A DNA stretch of 64,000 nucleotides from Terracidiphilus sp. (GCA_049977045.1 JBMFHB010000002.1:47355-111354), one strand, 5' to 3'. Shown: positions 1 to 9,132, counted from the first letter of the stretch. The notes: generated by a model not told the origin, from the sequence alone. Made by a program: numbers and translations.

Positions 1-1
1 C

Positions 2-775
2 GTGCCGCCTGACTACTTTTCCGAGACTGGCCAGCGTTGGGGCAATCCGCTCTATCGCTGGGATGTGCTCGACGCAAGCGGCTTTCAATGGTGGATCGAG
101 CGTATGCGCCGCTCCGTCGAACTCTACGACATCGTGCGCCTGGACCACTTCCGCGGCTTCGATGCTTACTGGGCGATTCCTGCCGCGGAAGAGACCGCCG
201 TGAAAGGCGAGTGGATCAAAGCGCCGGGTCTCGAACTGTTTCGCGCGCTCGAATCAGCGCTCGGACCTTTGCCTCTGGTTGCGGAAGATCTGGGGCTCAT
301 CACGCCGGAGGTCGAGGCGCTGCGCCTCGACCTGGATCTGCCCGGCATGAAGGTACTGCAATTCGGTTTCAGTTCGAAAGGCGCGCACACTCACCTGCCA
401 CACCAGTTTGCGCCCGCCACCGTGGCCTACACCGGCACGCACGACAACGACACGACACTGGGATGGTGGCGCGCGGCGAGCAGAACGGAACGAGCGGCCG
501 TGGAAGCCCTGAGCGGTCCGGTTCACGATCGGCCCACATGGCCGCTGATCCGCGCGGCGCAGGCGAGCGTGGCCCAAATCGCCATTGCGCCCGCGCAGGA
601 TCTGCTCGAACTTGGCTCCGAGGCGCGCATGAATACTCCGGCTGTCGCGTACGGCAACTGGAACTGGCGCGCGCCGCAAGGCTGCTGGACGGATGAGTTG
701 TCCACGCGGCTGGCCGCCCTGGCGGAAGTGACAGACCGCGACAACGACCCGCTGGGAACGGCCGCGTCAGGGTAG
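2..775 (+). CDS. malQ: 4-alpha-glucanotransferase (amylomaltase, GH77), C-terminal part; 5' end lies outside the window
   Basis: ORF open at the left edge; GQRWGNPLYRW, VRLDHFRGF and VAEDLG motifs are typical of MalQ. Confidence 0.9.
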   Translation: MPPDYFSETGQRWGNPLYRWDVLDASGFQWWIERMRRSVELYDIVRLDHFRGFDAYWAIPAAEETAVKGEWIKAPGLELFRALESALGPLPLVAEDLGLITPEVEALRLDLDLPGMKVLQFGFSSKGAHTHLPHQFAPATVAYTGTHDNDTTLGWWRAASRTERAAVEALSGPVHDRPTWPLIRAAQASVAQIAIAPAQDLLELGSEARMNTPAVAYGNWNWRAPQGCWTDELSTRLAALAEVTDRDNDPLGTAASG

Positions 776-792
776 TCTACAAAGAGAACGAT

Positions 793-1449
793 ATGGCCAC
801 GCTCATCCCGCTCGGAGATGTATCGCGGCGCACACGGCGCTTTGCACTGATCACGCTGCTGATCGTGCTCGCCAACGTGTATGTATTTTTCCGCGAACTG
901 GTTGAGGGCAACCGCTTCGTGCGCCATTGGGCAGTCATTCCCATCCGCATCGAGCACGGCCAGCATTGGATCACGCTTGTCACCGGAACGTTTCTGCACG
1001 CGGGGTGGCTGCACATCGCGGGAAACATGGTCTTCCTCTGGGCGTTCGGTCCCGTCATCGAAGAGGCCATGGGCAAGACGCGATATCTCGCGTTCTACCT
1101 GACAGGCGGCGTAGTGGCGATGCTGGCGCAGGTGGCAGGCAGCCCGAGTTCGCGCATTCCCTGCCTGGGCGCCAGCGGAGCCATCGCTGCGGTCATGGGC
1201 GCCTTCATCGTGCTCTTCCCGCACGACCGCATCCGCTCGCTGGTCTGGATCCTGATTATTATTCGCGTCGCCTACATTCCCGCCGCGCTTCTGATCGGCG
1301 TCTGGTTCCTGTTTCAACTCCTGAATGTGGTGGGTTCGGTAGCGACCGTGCAAAGCGGAGGCGTGGCCTATCTCGCGCACGTGGGCGGCTTTCTGTTCGG
1401 CGCGGCCACGGCTCACTGGTGGGCGCAGGCGCGGCCGTGGTCCGGTTGA
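793..1449 (+). CDS. rhomboid family intramembrane serine protease
   Basis: Multi-TM ORF with the GASGAIAAVMGAF serine motif and HVGGFLFG histidine motif. Confidence 0.85.
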   Translation: MATLIPLGDVSRRTRRFALITLLIVLANVYVFFRELVEGNRFVRHWAVIPIRIEHGQHWITLVTGTFLHAGWLHIAGNMVFLWAFGPVIEEAMGKTRYLAFYLTGGVVAMLAQVAGSPSSRIPCLGASGAIAAVMGAFIVLFPHDRIRSLVWILIIIRVAYIPAALLIGVWFLFQLLNVVGSVATVQSGGVAYLAHVGGFLFGAATAHWWAQARPWSG

Positions 1450-1465
1450 GAACTGCCTCGCCGCG

Positions 1466-1723
1466 TTACCTTCCGCGCCGCTTTCGCCGCGCCGCGCGCC
1501 GCGCCTCTTCGCTGCGCCGGTCCACCTGCTCGAAGAGGTTGCTCATCACGCCAACGAGCGCCGAAGCCAGCGCCGCCAGCAAAAGGATCAGCGCGACCGT
1601 GCGCCACAAGGTGCCGTTGGCCGGCAAACCGGGCTGAAAGGTTGAAGGCACCAGCGCCATGCCGCCGGAGACCATGGCAAAAAAACCAAGCGTGGCAGCA
1701 AGAATGTAAAAGTTGCGGGACAT
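1466..1723 (-). CDS. small membrane protein, unknown function
   Basis: 85 aa with two hydrophobic helices and a basic tail (RRAARRKRRGR); no family recognised. Confidence 0.4.
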   Translation of the reverse strand: MSRNFYILAATLGFFAMVSGGMALVPSTFQPGLPANGTLWRTVALILLLAALASALVGVMSNLFEQVDRRSEEARRAARRKRRGR

Positions 1724-1781
1724 TGTTTTGCTCGCCGGCGATTCGGCCTGTTGCGATTCTACGCGGAATCGCGAAGCTGGA

Positions 1782-1844
1782 TCACACCTTAAGCGCCGCT
1801 AAATCACGTGCGGCGCGCGCGGTAATGTTAACGAGATAAGCCAC
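1782..1844 (-). pseudogene. ParE/RelE-type toxin remnant (about 20 codons only)
   Basis: GTG-started frame overlapping the antitoxin stop reads (M)AYLVNITARAARDLAALKV then TGA. This matches the usual ParE N-terminus pattern (Y-x-V-x-I/F-T-x-x-A-x-x-DL), but the rest of the toxin is missing. Confidence 0.4.
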
Positions 1845-2133
1845 GCGCCGACTCGAACTCGCGGAAGAACTCACGTGCCGGATGCGTTCTTCCGCCTCTT
1901 GCGTCTTCCAATCCCTGACGCACGCCTTCCCTGGCATCGGCACGCGCCGCCACGTCGAGCAACCGCTGATAGGCTTCAGCATCCTGAACCACGGCCGCAG
2001 CCTTGCCGTTCAACGTAAGCACCAGGGGACGCTTGCTCTTCCTCAGTTGTCTGATCATACGCGCGGAGCCGCGACGAAACTCAGTCAACGATTGAATGTC
2101 CGTGACGATATTCAGCACGATTCCTCCCGTCAA
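1828..2133 (-). CDS. Phd/YefM family type II antitoxin (orphan)
   Basis: 101 aa; SLTEFRRGSARMIRQL...RPLVLTLNGKAAAVVQDAEAYQRL is the classic Phd/YefM fold signature. Confidence 0.75.
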   Translation of the reverse strand: MTGGIVLNIVTDIQSLTEFRRGSARMIRQLRKSKRPLVLTLNGKAAAVVQDAEAYQRLLDVAARADAREGVRQGLEDARGGRTHPAREFFREFESARGLSR

Positions 2134-2172
2134 GCACCGAATTAGGTGCTTTCAGTGTAATCGAGTCTTGCC

Positions 2173-2802
2173 TCATCCGGAAAGCTCCGAGGTGTCGATC
2201 AGGGCGACTCCCGCCTCGGCGAACCGTGCTTCCATGGCCGCCGCGGAGCCATTGAGATCGATGGCGCGGCAGGCATCGCGCAAAACCACTGCCGGAAAGT
2301 TCAATCGCCGCGCGTCGAGCGCCGAGTAGCCCACGCAGTAGTCGTAGGCAAGCCCCACCAGAAACACGCGACGGAGATTCCGCTCGCGCAGGTAGGCAGC
2401 GAGGCCGGTCGGCGTGGTGTGGTCGTTCTCAAAGAATGCGGAATAGGAATCGATCTCTGCCCGGAACCCTTTGCGCAGGATCAGTTCGGCCTGCGGCAGC
2501 TTGAGCGCGGGATGAAAATCCGCTCCAACTGTTCCCTGCACGCAATGCAGCGGCCAAAGCGTCTGCGGGCCGCAGGGAAGCTCGATGGTCTCGAACGGTT
2601 TCCGGCCTGGATGCGATGCCGCAAACGACGTGTGGCGGGCCGGGTGCCAGTCCTGCGTGAGAACAATGTGCTGAAAGCGCGGCGTAATGCGAAGGATGGG
2701 CGCGATGACCTCGTCTCCGCGCGGCACAGCCAGCGATCCGCCGGGGCAAAAGTCATTCTGCACATCGGTGACGATCAGAACATCGTTCGCATCGATTCGC
2801 AT
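2173..2802 (-). CDS. pncA: nicotinamidase/pyrazinamidase (isochorismatase family)
   Basis: LIVTDVQNDFCPGGSLAV motif. Start moved to the internal ATG at 2802 (MRIDAND...), giving a typical 209 aa length. Confidence 0.85.
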   Translation of the reverse strand: MRIDANDVLIVTDVQNDFCPGGSLAVPRGDEVIAPILRITPRFQHIVLTQDWHPARHTSFAASHPGRKPFETIELPCGPQTLWPLHCVQGTVGADFHPALKLPQAELILRKGFRAEIDSYSAFFENDHTTPTGLAAYLRERNLRRVFLVGLAYDYCVGYSALDARRLNFPAVVLRDACRAIDLNGSAAAMEARFAEAGVALIDTSELSG

Positions 2803-2864
2803 GGGATCTCCGGGCCTGGCGCCCAACGACAGATCATGGCCGCCGGCGTGCAAGACTGCTCCGA

Positions 2865-3623
2865 TTATGCCAGAAGCACTTCAATCCCATTTTTGCGTAG
2901 CATGGCAACGTATTCCGGCGCGAGTTGCGCGTCGGAGACGACAAGATGCGCGGCGGTGAGCGGAGCCACGGGAATCATGCCGCCGCGTCCGAACTTGGTG
3001 TGGTCGGTCACGATGATCACGCGGCTCGCCACCTCGATCATCTTCTGCTCCGAACCCACGACGAGCGTATTGTTGTTGCTCAATCCAGCTTCGGTAACGC
3101 CGCCAATTCCCATGATGACGGTATCGGCGCGAATGGCGCCGAGCATCTGCTCGCAGAAGGGACCGAGCATGACGCGCGAGCGCGGGTCTAGATAGCCGCC
3201 GGTCAGCGTCAATTCGATATTGCGCAAAGACTCGAGCCCCTCGGCAATGGGCAGCGAGTTGGTGACGATATGCAGCGACTTCGAGGTCAGTTCGCGCGCC
3301 ACCGCGGCCACGGTCGAGCCGCCATCGAGAATCACGGTCTGGCCGTCTTCGATGAGGCCCGCCGTGAGCTTGCCGATGCGGCCTTTCTCGTCGCTCAGGC
3401 GCACGCTCTCCACCGCGTAATCCGAGGCGTGATTCGGCGAGACCTGCACACTCACCGCGCCGCCGTAGACGCGCTTGAGCAGGCCTTCCTGTTCCAGGAT
3501 GTCGAGATCGCGGCGGACACTCGATTCCGATGCGTCGAGTTCGCGGCAAAGAGTCTCCGAGTCGATGAAGTCCCGGGTCTCAAGCATCTGGCGAATTCGC
3601 AGTTGCCGCTCTGCAGCCTTCAT
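2865..3623 (-). CDS. DeoR family transcriptional regulator (last gene of the BMC operon strand)
   Basis: N-terminal wHTH (ETLCRELDASESSVRRDLDILEQEGLLKRVYGGAV) plus DeoR C-terminal sugar-phosphate sensor domain. Confidence 0.9.
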   Translation of the reverse strand: MKAAERQLRIRQMLETRDFIDSETLCRELDASESSVRRDLDILEQEGLLKRVYGGAVSVQVSPNHASDYAVESVRLSDEKGRIGKLTAGLIEDGQTVILDGGSTVAAVARELTSKSLHIVTNSLPIAEGLESLRNIELTLTGGYLDPRSRVMLGPFCEQMLGAIRADTVIMGIGGVTEAGLSNNNTLVVGSEQKMIEVASRVIIVTDHTKFGRGGMIPVAPLTAAHLVVSDAQLAPEYVAMLRKNGIEVLLA

Positions 3624-3677
3624 CGTCTATCCGTGTTACGCCTGATTTTTCGCTCCCGCAGTTCCGCAGTCCCTGCC

Positions 3678-4778
3678 CTATCGCATCGCTTCCATCACCG
3701 CATCCGTCACCGACTTGACCAGCGATTCAAGATCGCTGTCCGAAGCCGCGGCAGCTCTTGACGTGGGCCCGTCACAGGGCGTAGGTTCGACCGCGATCGA
3801 GCCTGGCACCTCGAGGTCGGACAACTGGCACTCCTTCATGCGCGAAGTGTCAAAACGAATATCCGGCAGGCCCAGCTTCTTTTTGATGGCCAGCAGATCG
3901 GTGCCATGCTCATCGGAGATGCGTGAGATAGGCGCGCCAAGCTGTGAGGCGATCAACAGCGTCCAGCAGTAAGTCTCCAGCACTTCGGCATACCACTCGG
4001 CGTGTGTCACCGTGTCGGCCCAGCACACAATTCCATGATTCGAGAGCAGGACGGTGTTGTGTTGCTTCACATAAGGCAGCACAGTTTCAGCGAAGGCCTT
4101 CGTGCCCGGCGTCTCGTAAGGGGAAACCGCAACCTTGCCGACAAAAACCTCGAACTCCGGAATGATGAGATTGGGCGGCACGCGGCCCGTGATGGCGTAG
4201 GCCGTGGCATGCGGCGGATGGCAGTGAACCACCGCCTTGGCTTCCGGCACCGCCTTGTAAATCTCCAGATGCAGCAGCAACTCGCTCGTCCGGGGCTTAG
4301 AGCCGGCAATCTGAACGCCGTCCATGTCTGTCATCCCGATCACCTCGGGCGTCAAATCGTATTTGCTCACCAGAGTTGGCGTGCAGAGCACTTCATTGGG
4401 TCCGATGCGGTAGGAGATGTTTCCGCCGTTGCCGTCGACGAACTGGCGCATCCAGAGCTTGCGGCCCACCGAGCAGATCTCTTTCTTGACGGCCTCGGCT
4501 TCAGGCGAGGTGAAAAGACGGCGATTGACAGCGGAAGCGGCGGGCGCGGCGGGCGCTAAAGCCGGGGTCGGCTGTGCGGCGGGCGCAGAGACCGCTGCCG
4601 CGCCTTCCACCACAAGCTCGATGCCGTGCTGCTGCAAAAAATCGCGCGCCGAAGGCGTGACGATGCTGTTGGCCGCGACCACAATGCTGCCGGCTCCCGC
4701 TGACAATGCGTCCTGCACATCGCGCATTGCAATCAGCTTGCGCCCGCCAAGATCGATGCTTTTTTCTCCGCTTTTCAC
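3678..4778 (-). CDS. class II (fuculose/rhamnulose-1-phosphate type) aldolase with extra N-terminal domain and C-terminal encapsulation-peptide-like helix
   Basis: Core carries VVHCHPPHATAYA zinc-His motifs. About 60 aa of unassigned N-terminal domain is followed by an Ala/Pro linker; the C-terminal helix is DSDLESLVKSVTDAVMEAMR. Confidence 0.85.
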   Translation of the reverse strand: MKSGEKSIDLGGRKLIAMRDVQDALSAGAGSIVVAANSIVTPSARDFLQQHGIELVVEGAAAVSAPAAQPTPALAPAAPAASAVNRRLFTSPEAEAVKKEICSVGRKLWMRQFVDGNGGNISYRIGPNEVLCTPTLVSKYDLTPEVIGMTDMDGVQIAGSKPRTSELLLHLEIYKAVPEAKAVVHCHPPHATAYAITGRVPPNLIIPEFEVFVGKVAVSPYETPGTKAFAETVLPYVKQHNTVLLSNHGIVCWADTVTHAEWYAEVLETYCWTLLIASQLGAPISRISDEHGTDLLAIKKKLGLPDIRFDTSRMKECQLSDLEVPGSIAVEPTPCDGPTSRAAAASDSDLESLVKSVTDAVMEAMR

Positions 4779-4800
4779 TTCTCCACCTCGAACAAACTCT

Positions 4801-5088
4801 CTATTGCCCCACGTCTACCGCGTCCACAATCAGCGCCAGGTATGCATCTACCGGCACCTGTGCGGGCCAAAAAGGATTCGCGGCCTCGCGGCCTTCCGTA
4901 AACGCCACCAACTGGCCCATTGCCGCACCCAGTTCGTCGACCGCAATCAGCGCCTTGCCGCCGCCCTGCTCATTCTTCGCGCGGAGGTTTTCCATCGTCA
5001 CCGGCTCCACAATCTTGAGCGTGCGCCCCTGAAATGACGCGACGGCATGCGCGAGGGTCACTTGACCGCGGACGATGCCGAGCCTCAT
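4801..5088 (-). CDS. BMC-P pentameric vertex shell protein (EutN/CcmL family)
   Basis: 95 aa; MRLGIVRGQVTLAHAV... N-terminus is typical of Pfam03319-type proteins; start overlaps the upstream stop (ATGA). Confidence 0.9.
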   Translation of the reverse strand: MRLGIVRGQVTLAHAVASFQGRTLKIVEPVTMENLRAKNEQGGGKALIAVDELGAAMGQLVAFTEGREAANPFWPAQVPVDAYLALIVDAVDVGQ

Positions 5089-5369
5089 GCGGCGCCTCCT
5101 GCGAAGGGTTGCTGCACCGCATCCACCAGGCCCGCGACCACCAGGCGCGCCGGCGTGTTGTTGCCCAACCTCTGGCGCGAAATATCGCCGTCGGTCGAAA
5201 CCATGACTGTCTCACCCTGCGCAGCGCCCATCCAGTCCACGACGACGATCGGTTCTTCCGCCGCGGTTCCATCTGCCTCCAGCCGCTGCGCAACAAGAAA
5301 CCTGCATCCGTTCAATGAGGGATGCTTTGCCGTTGCCACGACCGTGCCTGCAATCCGCACCAGAAACAT
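5085..5369 (-). CDS. BMC-P pentameric vertex shell protein (EutN/CcmL family)
   Basis: 94 aa; MFLVRIAGTVVATAKHPSLNGCRFLVAQ... Confidence 0.9.
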   Translation of the reverse strand: MFLVRIAGTVVATAKHPSLNGCRFLVAQRLEADGTAAEEPIVVVDWMGAAQGETVMVSTDGDISRQRLGNNTPARLVVAGLVDAVQQPFAGGAA

Positions 5370-5371
5370 TG

Positions 5372-6826
5372 CTAGATAATCCTCAGTGCATTCCCGACCA
5401 CAATCTGCCGTTCGCGCGTAAAGGTGAGCGGCGTCGTGATTCCTTCGCCCGTCGGCGTGGCGATGGTGTGGCTGAAGTAGCCCGGGCCGCCCACACCCAG
5501 CGACGCCGGCGAGGCCGCGTTGTGAATGAACAACGTGGTGTTCACTGCCTTCGCCATGCGCGTCGCCGTCTCCAGATTGTTGGTGTGAATGACGGCGGTG
5601 TGCCCGTAGCCGTGTTCCGCGCGGACCGCGGCGGCAATCGCCTCATCCACGTTCTTCACCCGCACGACGGGCACGAACGGCATCATCTGTTCTTCCTGAA
5701 CAAATGCATGCTCCTCGACGGTCTCGCCGAAGAGCAGATCGGTTCCGGCAGGCGCCTGCACACCGGCTGCTTTTGCCAGCACGGCCACATCCTTGCCCAC
5801 CAGATCCTTTTTCACATGCGCGCGGGCGCAGCCGCCGCCGTCGCCTTCAAACGTAAACGCAGCCTTGGTGAGCCGGTCGATCGCCGCCGCATCCAGTTGA
5901 TAAGCTCCCGCGCGCTTCATGGCCGCGATAAACGCATCGGCTACCGATGCCACCACGAAGACTTCCTTTTCGCCGATGCACAGCAGATTGTTGTCGAAGG
6001 CCGCGCCATCGATGATGCAGCGCGCCGCGCGATCGAGATCCGCGGTTTCATCCACTACCACCGGCGGATTTCCCGGCCCGCCTGCGATGACGCGCTTGCC
6101 CGACATGGCCGCGGCCCTGGCCACCGCCGCGCCACCCGTGCAGCAGAGCAGCGCCACCTTGGGGTGATGGAAGATCTGCTCGGCAGCTTCGATCGTCGGC
6201 TCCACGGTGGTTGTGAAAACATTGGCCACGCCCAGTTCGCGCTCAATCTCGCGATTCCACAACTGCAACGCATACTGCGCCACGCGCTTGCCCGAAGGAT
6301 GCGGCCCGAAGACCGCCGTATTTCCCGCGGCAACAACATTAATGGCGTTCGAGGCCATGGTTGGCACCGAATGTGTGACCGGCAGCATCATGCCGACGAC
6401 GCCCCAGGGCGCGTGCTCGATGATGCAGACGCCAGTGGTGCTGCTGCGCGCCTCGGTGTGCAACGCCTCCACGCCAAGCACAAAGCGCATGTTCTGCAGC
6501 TTCAGAATCTTGTGGTCGAGGCGGCCGACCTTGGTCTCTTCCAGCTCCATGCGGCCCAGTTCTTCACGCCGGTCGTTGCAGATGCCACGCACGATGTCCA
6601 CAATGCGCATACGGTCTTCGAGCGGCATCGCCGCTACTTTCTTCTGCGCCTCGAATGCCGCGTTCACCGCCTCGTCCACGGTGGCAAAGATGCCATCGCG
6701 CGCAGACGATTTTGGCGCGGGAACGGGCGCTGCCGGCGCCGTCTGCATCTGCATGCGCAGCCGCGCAACCACTTCCTTTGCGATCTCTTGAATCATCTGC
6801 GGCGAAACTTGCTGTTCGGTCTGCAT
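5372..6826 (-). CDS. CoA-acylating aldehyde dehydrogenase (PduP/EutE-like) with N-terminal encapsulation peptide
   Basis: Catalytic Cys context FDNNLLCIGEKEV. N-terminal amphipathic helix PQMIQEIAKEVVARLRMQM is followed by a Pro/Ala linker. Confidence 0.9.
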   Translation of the reverse strand: MQTEQQVSPQMIQEIAKEVVARLRMQMQTAPAAPVPAPKSSARDGIFATVDEAVNAAFEAQKKVAAMPLEDRMRIVDIVRGICNDRREELGRMELEETKVGRLDHKILKLQNMRFVLGVEALHTEARSSTTGVCIIEHAPWGVVGMMLPVTHSVPTMASNAINVVAAGNTAVFGPHPSGKRVAQYALQLWNREIERELGVANVFTTTVEPTIEAAEQIFHHPKVALLCCTGGAAVARAAAMSGKRVIAGGPGNPPVVVDETADLDRAARCIIDGAAFDNNLLCIGEKEVFVVASVADAFIAAMKRAGAYQLDAAAIDRLTKAAFTFEGDGGGCARAHVKKDLVGKDVAVLAKAAGVQAPAGTDLLFGETVEEHAFVQEEQMMPFVPVVRVKNVDEAIAAAVRAEHGYGHTAVIHTNNLETATRMAKAVNTTLFIHNAASPASLGVGGPGYFSHTIATPTGEGITTPLTFTRERQIVVGNALRII

Positions 6827-6848
6827 AGAAAAACTCCCCGAATCCCGT

Positions 6849-7145
6849 CTACGGTTTCGCGACGGCCACGCCGTTCACCTCGATCATGTCCACGATGCCC
6901 ACAATCACTGCATCGACGGGCGCGTCCTTGGTTGCGGGCGTCAGGCGCGCCGAACTGCCCTGCGTAAACAGCACGCACTCACCGACGCCAGCGCCCACGC
7001 CGTCCACCGCGACAACGGAGCTGCCCGAGATCTGCAGCTTGCCTTCCTTGTTGATGTAAGGCTGAACCAGGAGCAGCTTCATGCCGCGGAACTTCGCGAT
7101 CTTCTGCGTGGAGACCACGTTGCCGATGACTTTCGCGATGAACAT
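6849..7145 (-). CDS. BMC-P pentameric vertex shell protein (EutN/CcmL family), third paralog
   Basis: 98 aa; MFIAKVIGNVVSTQKIAKFRGMKLLLVQP... Confidence 0.9.
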   Translation of the reverse strand: MFIAKVIGNVVSTQKIAKFRGMKLLLVQPYINKEGKLQISGSSVVAVDGVGAGVGECVLFTQGSSARLTPATKDAPVDAVIVGIVDMIEVNGVAVAKP

Positions 7146-7298
7146 TGCGAACCTCTTTAAAGGGCCGCGCGCGCAGAGGCTAAAGCCCCCGTTCGTGTTG
7201 GGCCGACTCTTGCGGCACGGCCAAGGCCGCGCCCTTTCAAAGCCGACGACCGCCGCAGGCCGTGGAAATCCGCGCCTGCCTGCCGTACCGTTTCACAA

Positions 7299-7329
7299 CG
7301 CCTCGCCTGAAACACGAACCGGCGAGGCG
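7299..7329 (-). other. intra-operon hairpin in the 197-bp spacer between BMC-H and BMC-P genes
   Basis: CGCCTCGCC (7299-7307) pairs with GGCGAGGCG (7321-7329) across a 13-nt loop; no clear U-tract follows. Confidence 0.3.
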
Positions 7330-7342
7330 GAATCCCGCTTCG

Positions 7343-7615
7343 CTATTTCGGCAGGACGGTGCCCAGCGAATCGTGCGGACGCGCGATCACATGCACGCTC
7401 TGCACCTCGCCGGCCGCGCGAGCCGCTGCCGCGCCCGCATCGACCGCGGCGCGCACCGAACCCACGTCGCCCGTGACATACACAGAGCAGAGGCCGCTGC
7501 CCGCCTTGTTCCAACCCATATACCTGACGCTCGCCGCCTTCAGCATGGCGTCCGTCGCCTGCACCAGAGCCACCAGGCCCTTGGTTTCGATCATCCCGAT
7601 TGCTTCACTCGCCAT
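7343..7615 (-). CDS. BMC-H hexameric shell protein (PduA/EutM-like, Pfam00936)
   Basis: [26 protein letters not shown]..., KAGSGL pore loop, RPHD C-terminal motif. Confidence 0.95.
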   Translation of the reverse strand: MASEAIGMIETKGLVALVQATDAMLKAASVRYMGWNKAGSGLCSVYVTGDVGSVRAAVDAGAAAARAAGEVQSVHVIARPHDSLGTVLPK

Positions 7616-7637
7616 TGCGATCTCCCTCTTCTGATGC

Positions 7638-7907
7638 CTACTTCAACAAGTTCTCGACCAGCGCATCGTGGGGCCGCGGAATCACGTGCGACGACACCAG
7701 TTCGCCGACCACCTTGGCCGCGGCTGCGCCTGCATCTACCGCCGCGCGCACGCTGCCTACGTCGCCACGCACGATCACGGTGACATAGCCGCCGCCGATC
7801 GGCACCGTCTTTACCAGCTCCACGCTGGCAGCCTTCACCATGGCGTCGCTCGCTTCCACGATTCCCACCATGCCCCTGGTTTCAATCAATCCGATTGCCT
7901 GACTCAT
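7638..7907 (-). CDS. BMC-H hexameric shell protein
   Basis: [26 protein letters not shown]..., IGGGYVTV pore loop. Confidence 0.95.
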   Translation of the reverse strand: MSQAIGLIETRGMVGIVEASDAMVKAASVELVKTVPIGGGYVTVIVRGDVGSVRAAVDAGAAAAKVVGELVSSHVIPRPHDALVENLLK

Positions 7908-7924
7908 CGCTTCTCCTCGAAGTG

Positions 7925-8048
7925 CAGCTTCTAGCTGCCAGCTTCTAGCTTGTTCGTGCTGTGTCTACCGGGCTGTCATTTGAGCTTGCGTCCCGGAATA
8001 TCCACGAAAGCTCGTTCTCCCGCCTCCAAGCTAGCCGCTAGAAGCTGG
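7925..8048. repeat. CTAG-rich inverted clamp bracketing the BMC-H2/BMC-H3 spacer
   Basis: CAGCTTCTAGC occurs at 7925-7935 and 7939-7949. CCAGCTTCTAGC (7938-7949) is the exact reverse complement of GCTAGAAGCTGG (8037-8048). Confidence 0.7.
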
Positions 8049-8058
8049 GAGCTTGCCT

Positions 8059-8352
8059 TTACGCCTTCTTCGCCGCCGCTTTGCTCTGCTGAACGAAAGA
8101 CGGCAGCTCGTCGTGAGGCCGTGAGATCACTTGCACGCTCACCACCTCGCCGATTCTCGATGCCGCTTCCGCGCCCGCATCGGTAGCAGCTTTAACGGCC
8201 GCCACGTCGCCTTCGACGAAGGCGGTCACCAGACCCGAACCTACGGTCTGCCAGCCGGCGAACGACACGTTTGCCGATTTGAGCATGGCGTCGGTCGCTT
8301 CAAACAGCGCGACCAAACCCTTTGTCTCAACCATTCCCAGCGCTTGTTTCAT
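8059..8352 (-). CDS. BMC-H hexameric shell protein with Lys/Ala-rich C-terminal tail
   Basis: [26 protein letters not shown]..., VGSGL pore loop, tail [10 protein letters not shown]. Confidence 0.95.
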   Translation of the reverse strand: MKQALGMVETKGLVALFEATDAMLKSANVSFAGWQTVGSGLVTAFVEGDVAAVKAATDAGAEAASRIGEVVSVQVISRPHDELPSFVQQSKAAAKKA

Positions 8353-8394
8353 CGCTTCCTCTCTTGTTGCTTGGCGTTACTTCCCTGTTGCGAC

Positions 8395-9084
8395 TTACTT
8401 GAAAATCTCCAATTCCCTGGTCAAATGCAGACCGCAGGCATTGGCTTCGTCCGTATCCATGTGCACGTTGAGCCGCGACGAAGGGTCGATGCGCACATGC
8501 ACGTTATTAAACGTCACGCTCGAAGGGCCGCCCACACGCAGCTTCATCCTGTCGCCCTTCTTGACACCGAAATAGGCGGCCTCCTGCGGATTCATGTGCA
8601 CGTGGATGGCGGCGCGGATCACACCCTCTTTCAGTTCCACCACACCCTTGGGCCCGACAATCACCGCGCCCGGCGTGCCCTCGATGTCGCCCGAGAGCCG
8701 CACCGGCAGGTCGTTGAAGCCCAGCATAATGGCGTCGGTAAAGGCCAGCTCCACCTGCGACTGCTTGCGCATCGGTCCCAGAATGCGCAGGTTGGAGATG
8801 ATGCGGCTGCGCGGCCCGACAATCGTCACCATTTCCCTGGCCGCGAAGTTGCCTTCCTGAAAAAGCGGACGGTCGAAGGTCAGCTCCGAGCCGGGGCCAA
8901 ACAGCACATCCATATCTTCACGGCACACATGCATGTGGCGCGACGAGGCCTGCACCACCAGCTCCGGCGCCTTGCCGTTGGGGGCCCCGGATTTCCCGCG
9001 CCCCAGATACTCGAGCGCCACCTGGCGCACAATACGTTCCACCGTCGCCCTGTCGATCACCGGATTTCCTGTGCTTGCCATCAT
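8395..9084 (-). CDS. pduL: phosphate acyltransferase PduL with N-terminal encapsulation peptide
   Basis: Two PduL repeats with metal-binding His motifs (SSRHMHVCREDMD; AAIHVHMNPQEA). N-terminal helix is DRATVERIVRQVALEYL. Confidence 0.9.
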   Translation of the reverse strand: MMASTGNPVIDRATVERIVRQVALEYLGRGKSGAPNGKAPELVVQASSRHMHVCREDMDVLFGPGSELTFDRPLFQEGNFAAREMVTIVGPRSRIISNLRILGPMRKQSQVELAFTDAIMLGFNDLPVRLSGDIEGTPGAVIVGPKGVVELKEGVIRAAIHVHMNPQEAAYFGVKKGDRMKLRVGGPSSVTFNNVHVRIDPSSRLNVHMDTDEANACGLHLTRELEIFK

Positions 9085-9132
9085 CAGTCCTTAGCAGAGT
9101 TAGCGGAGTTAGCCGGACAAGCTGCTGCCGTG

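Noticed and set aside
5315-6967. 550-aa plus-strand ORF across the aldehyde dehydrogenase gene. Similar long ORFs occur at 523-1416(-), 8131-9225(+), 9245-10282(+), 14908-16104(+), 17671-19230(-), 20374-21507(+), 23380-24996(+), 29466-30530(+), 39898-40791(-), 42192-43436(+), 46620-48065(+), 47897-49135(-), 52400-53350(+), 57969-59003(+), 59057-60136(+) and 60588-61796(-).
   Set aside because: These are antisense or off-frame shadow ORFs, typical of GC-rich DNA. Their products are Arg/Ala/Gly/His-rich with no recognisable motifs, and each overlaps a confidently identified gene.
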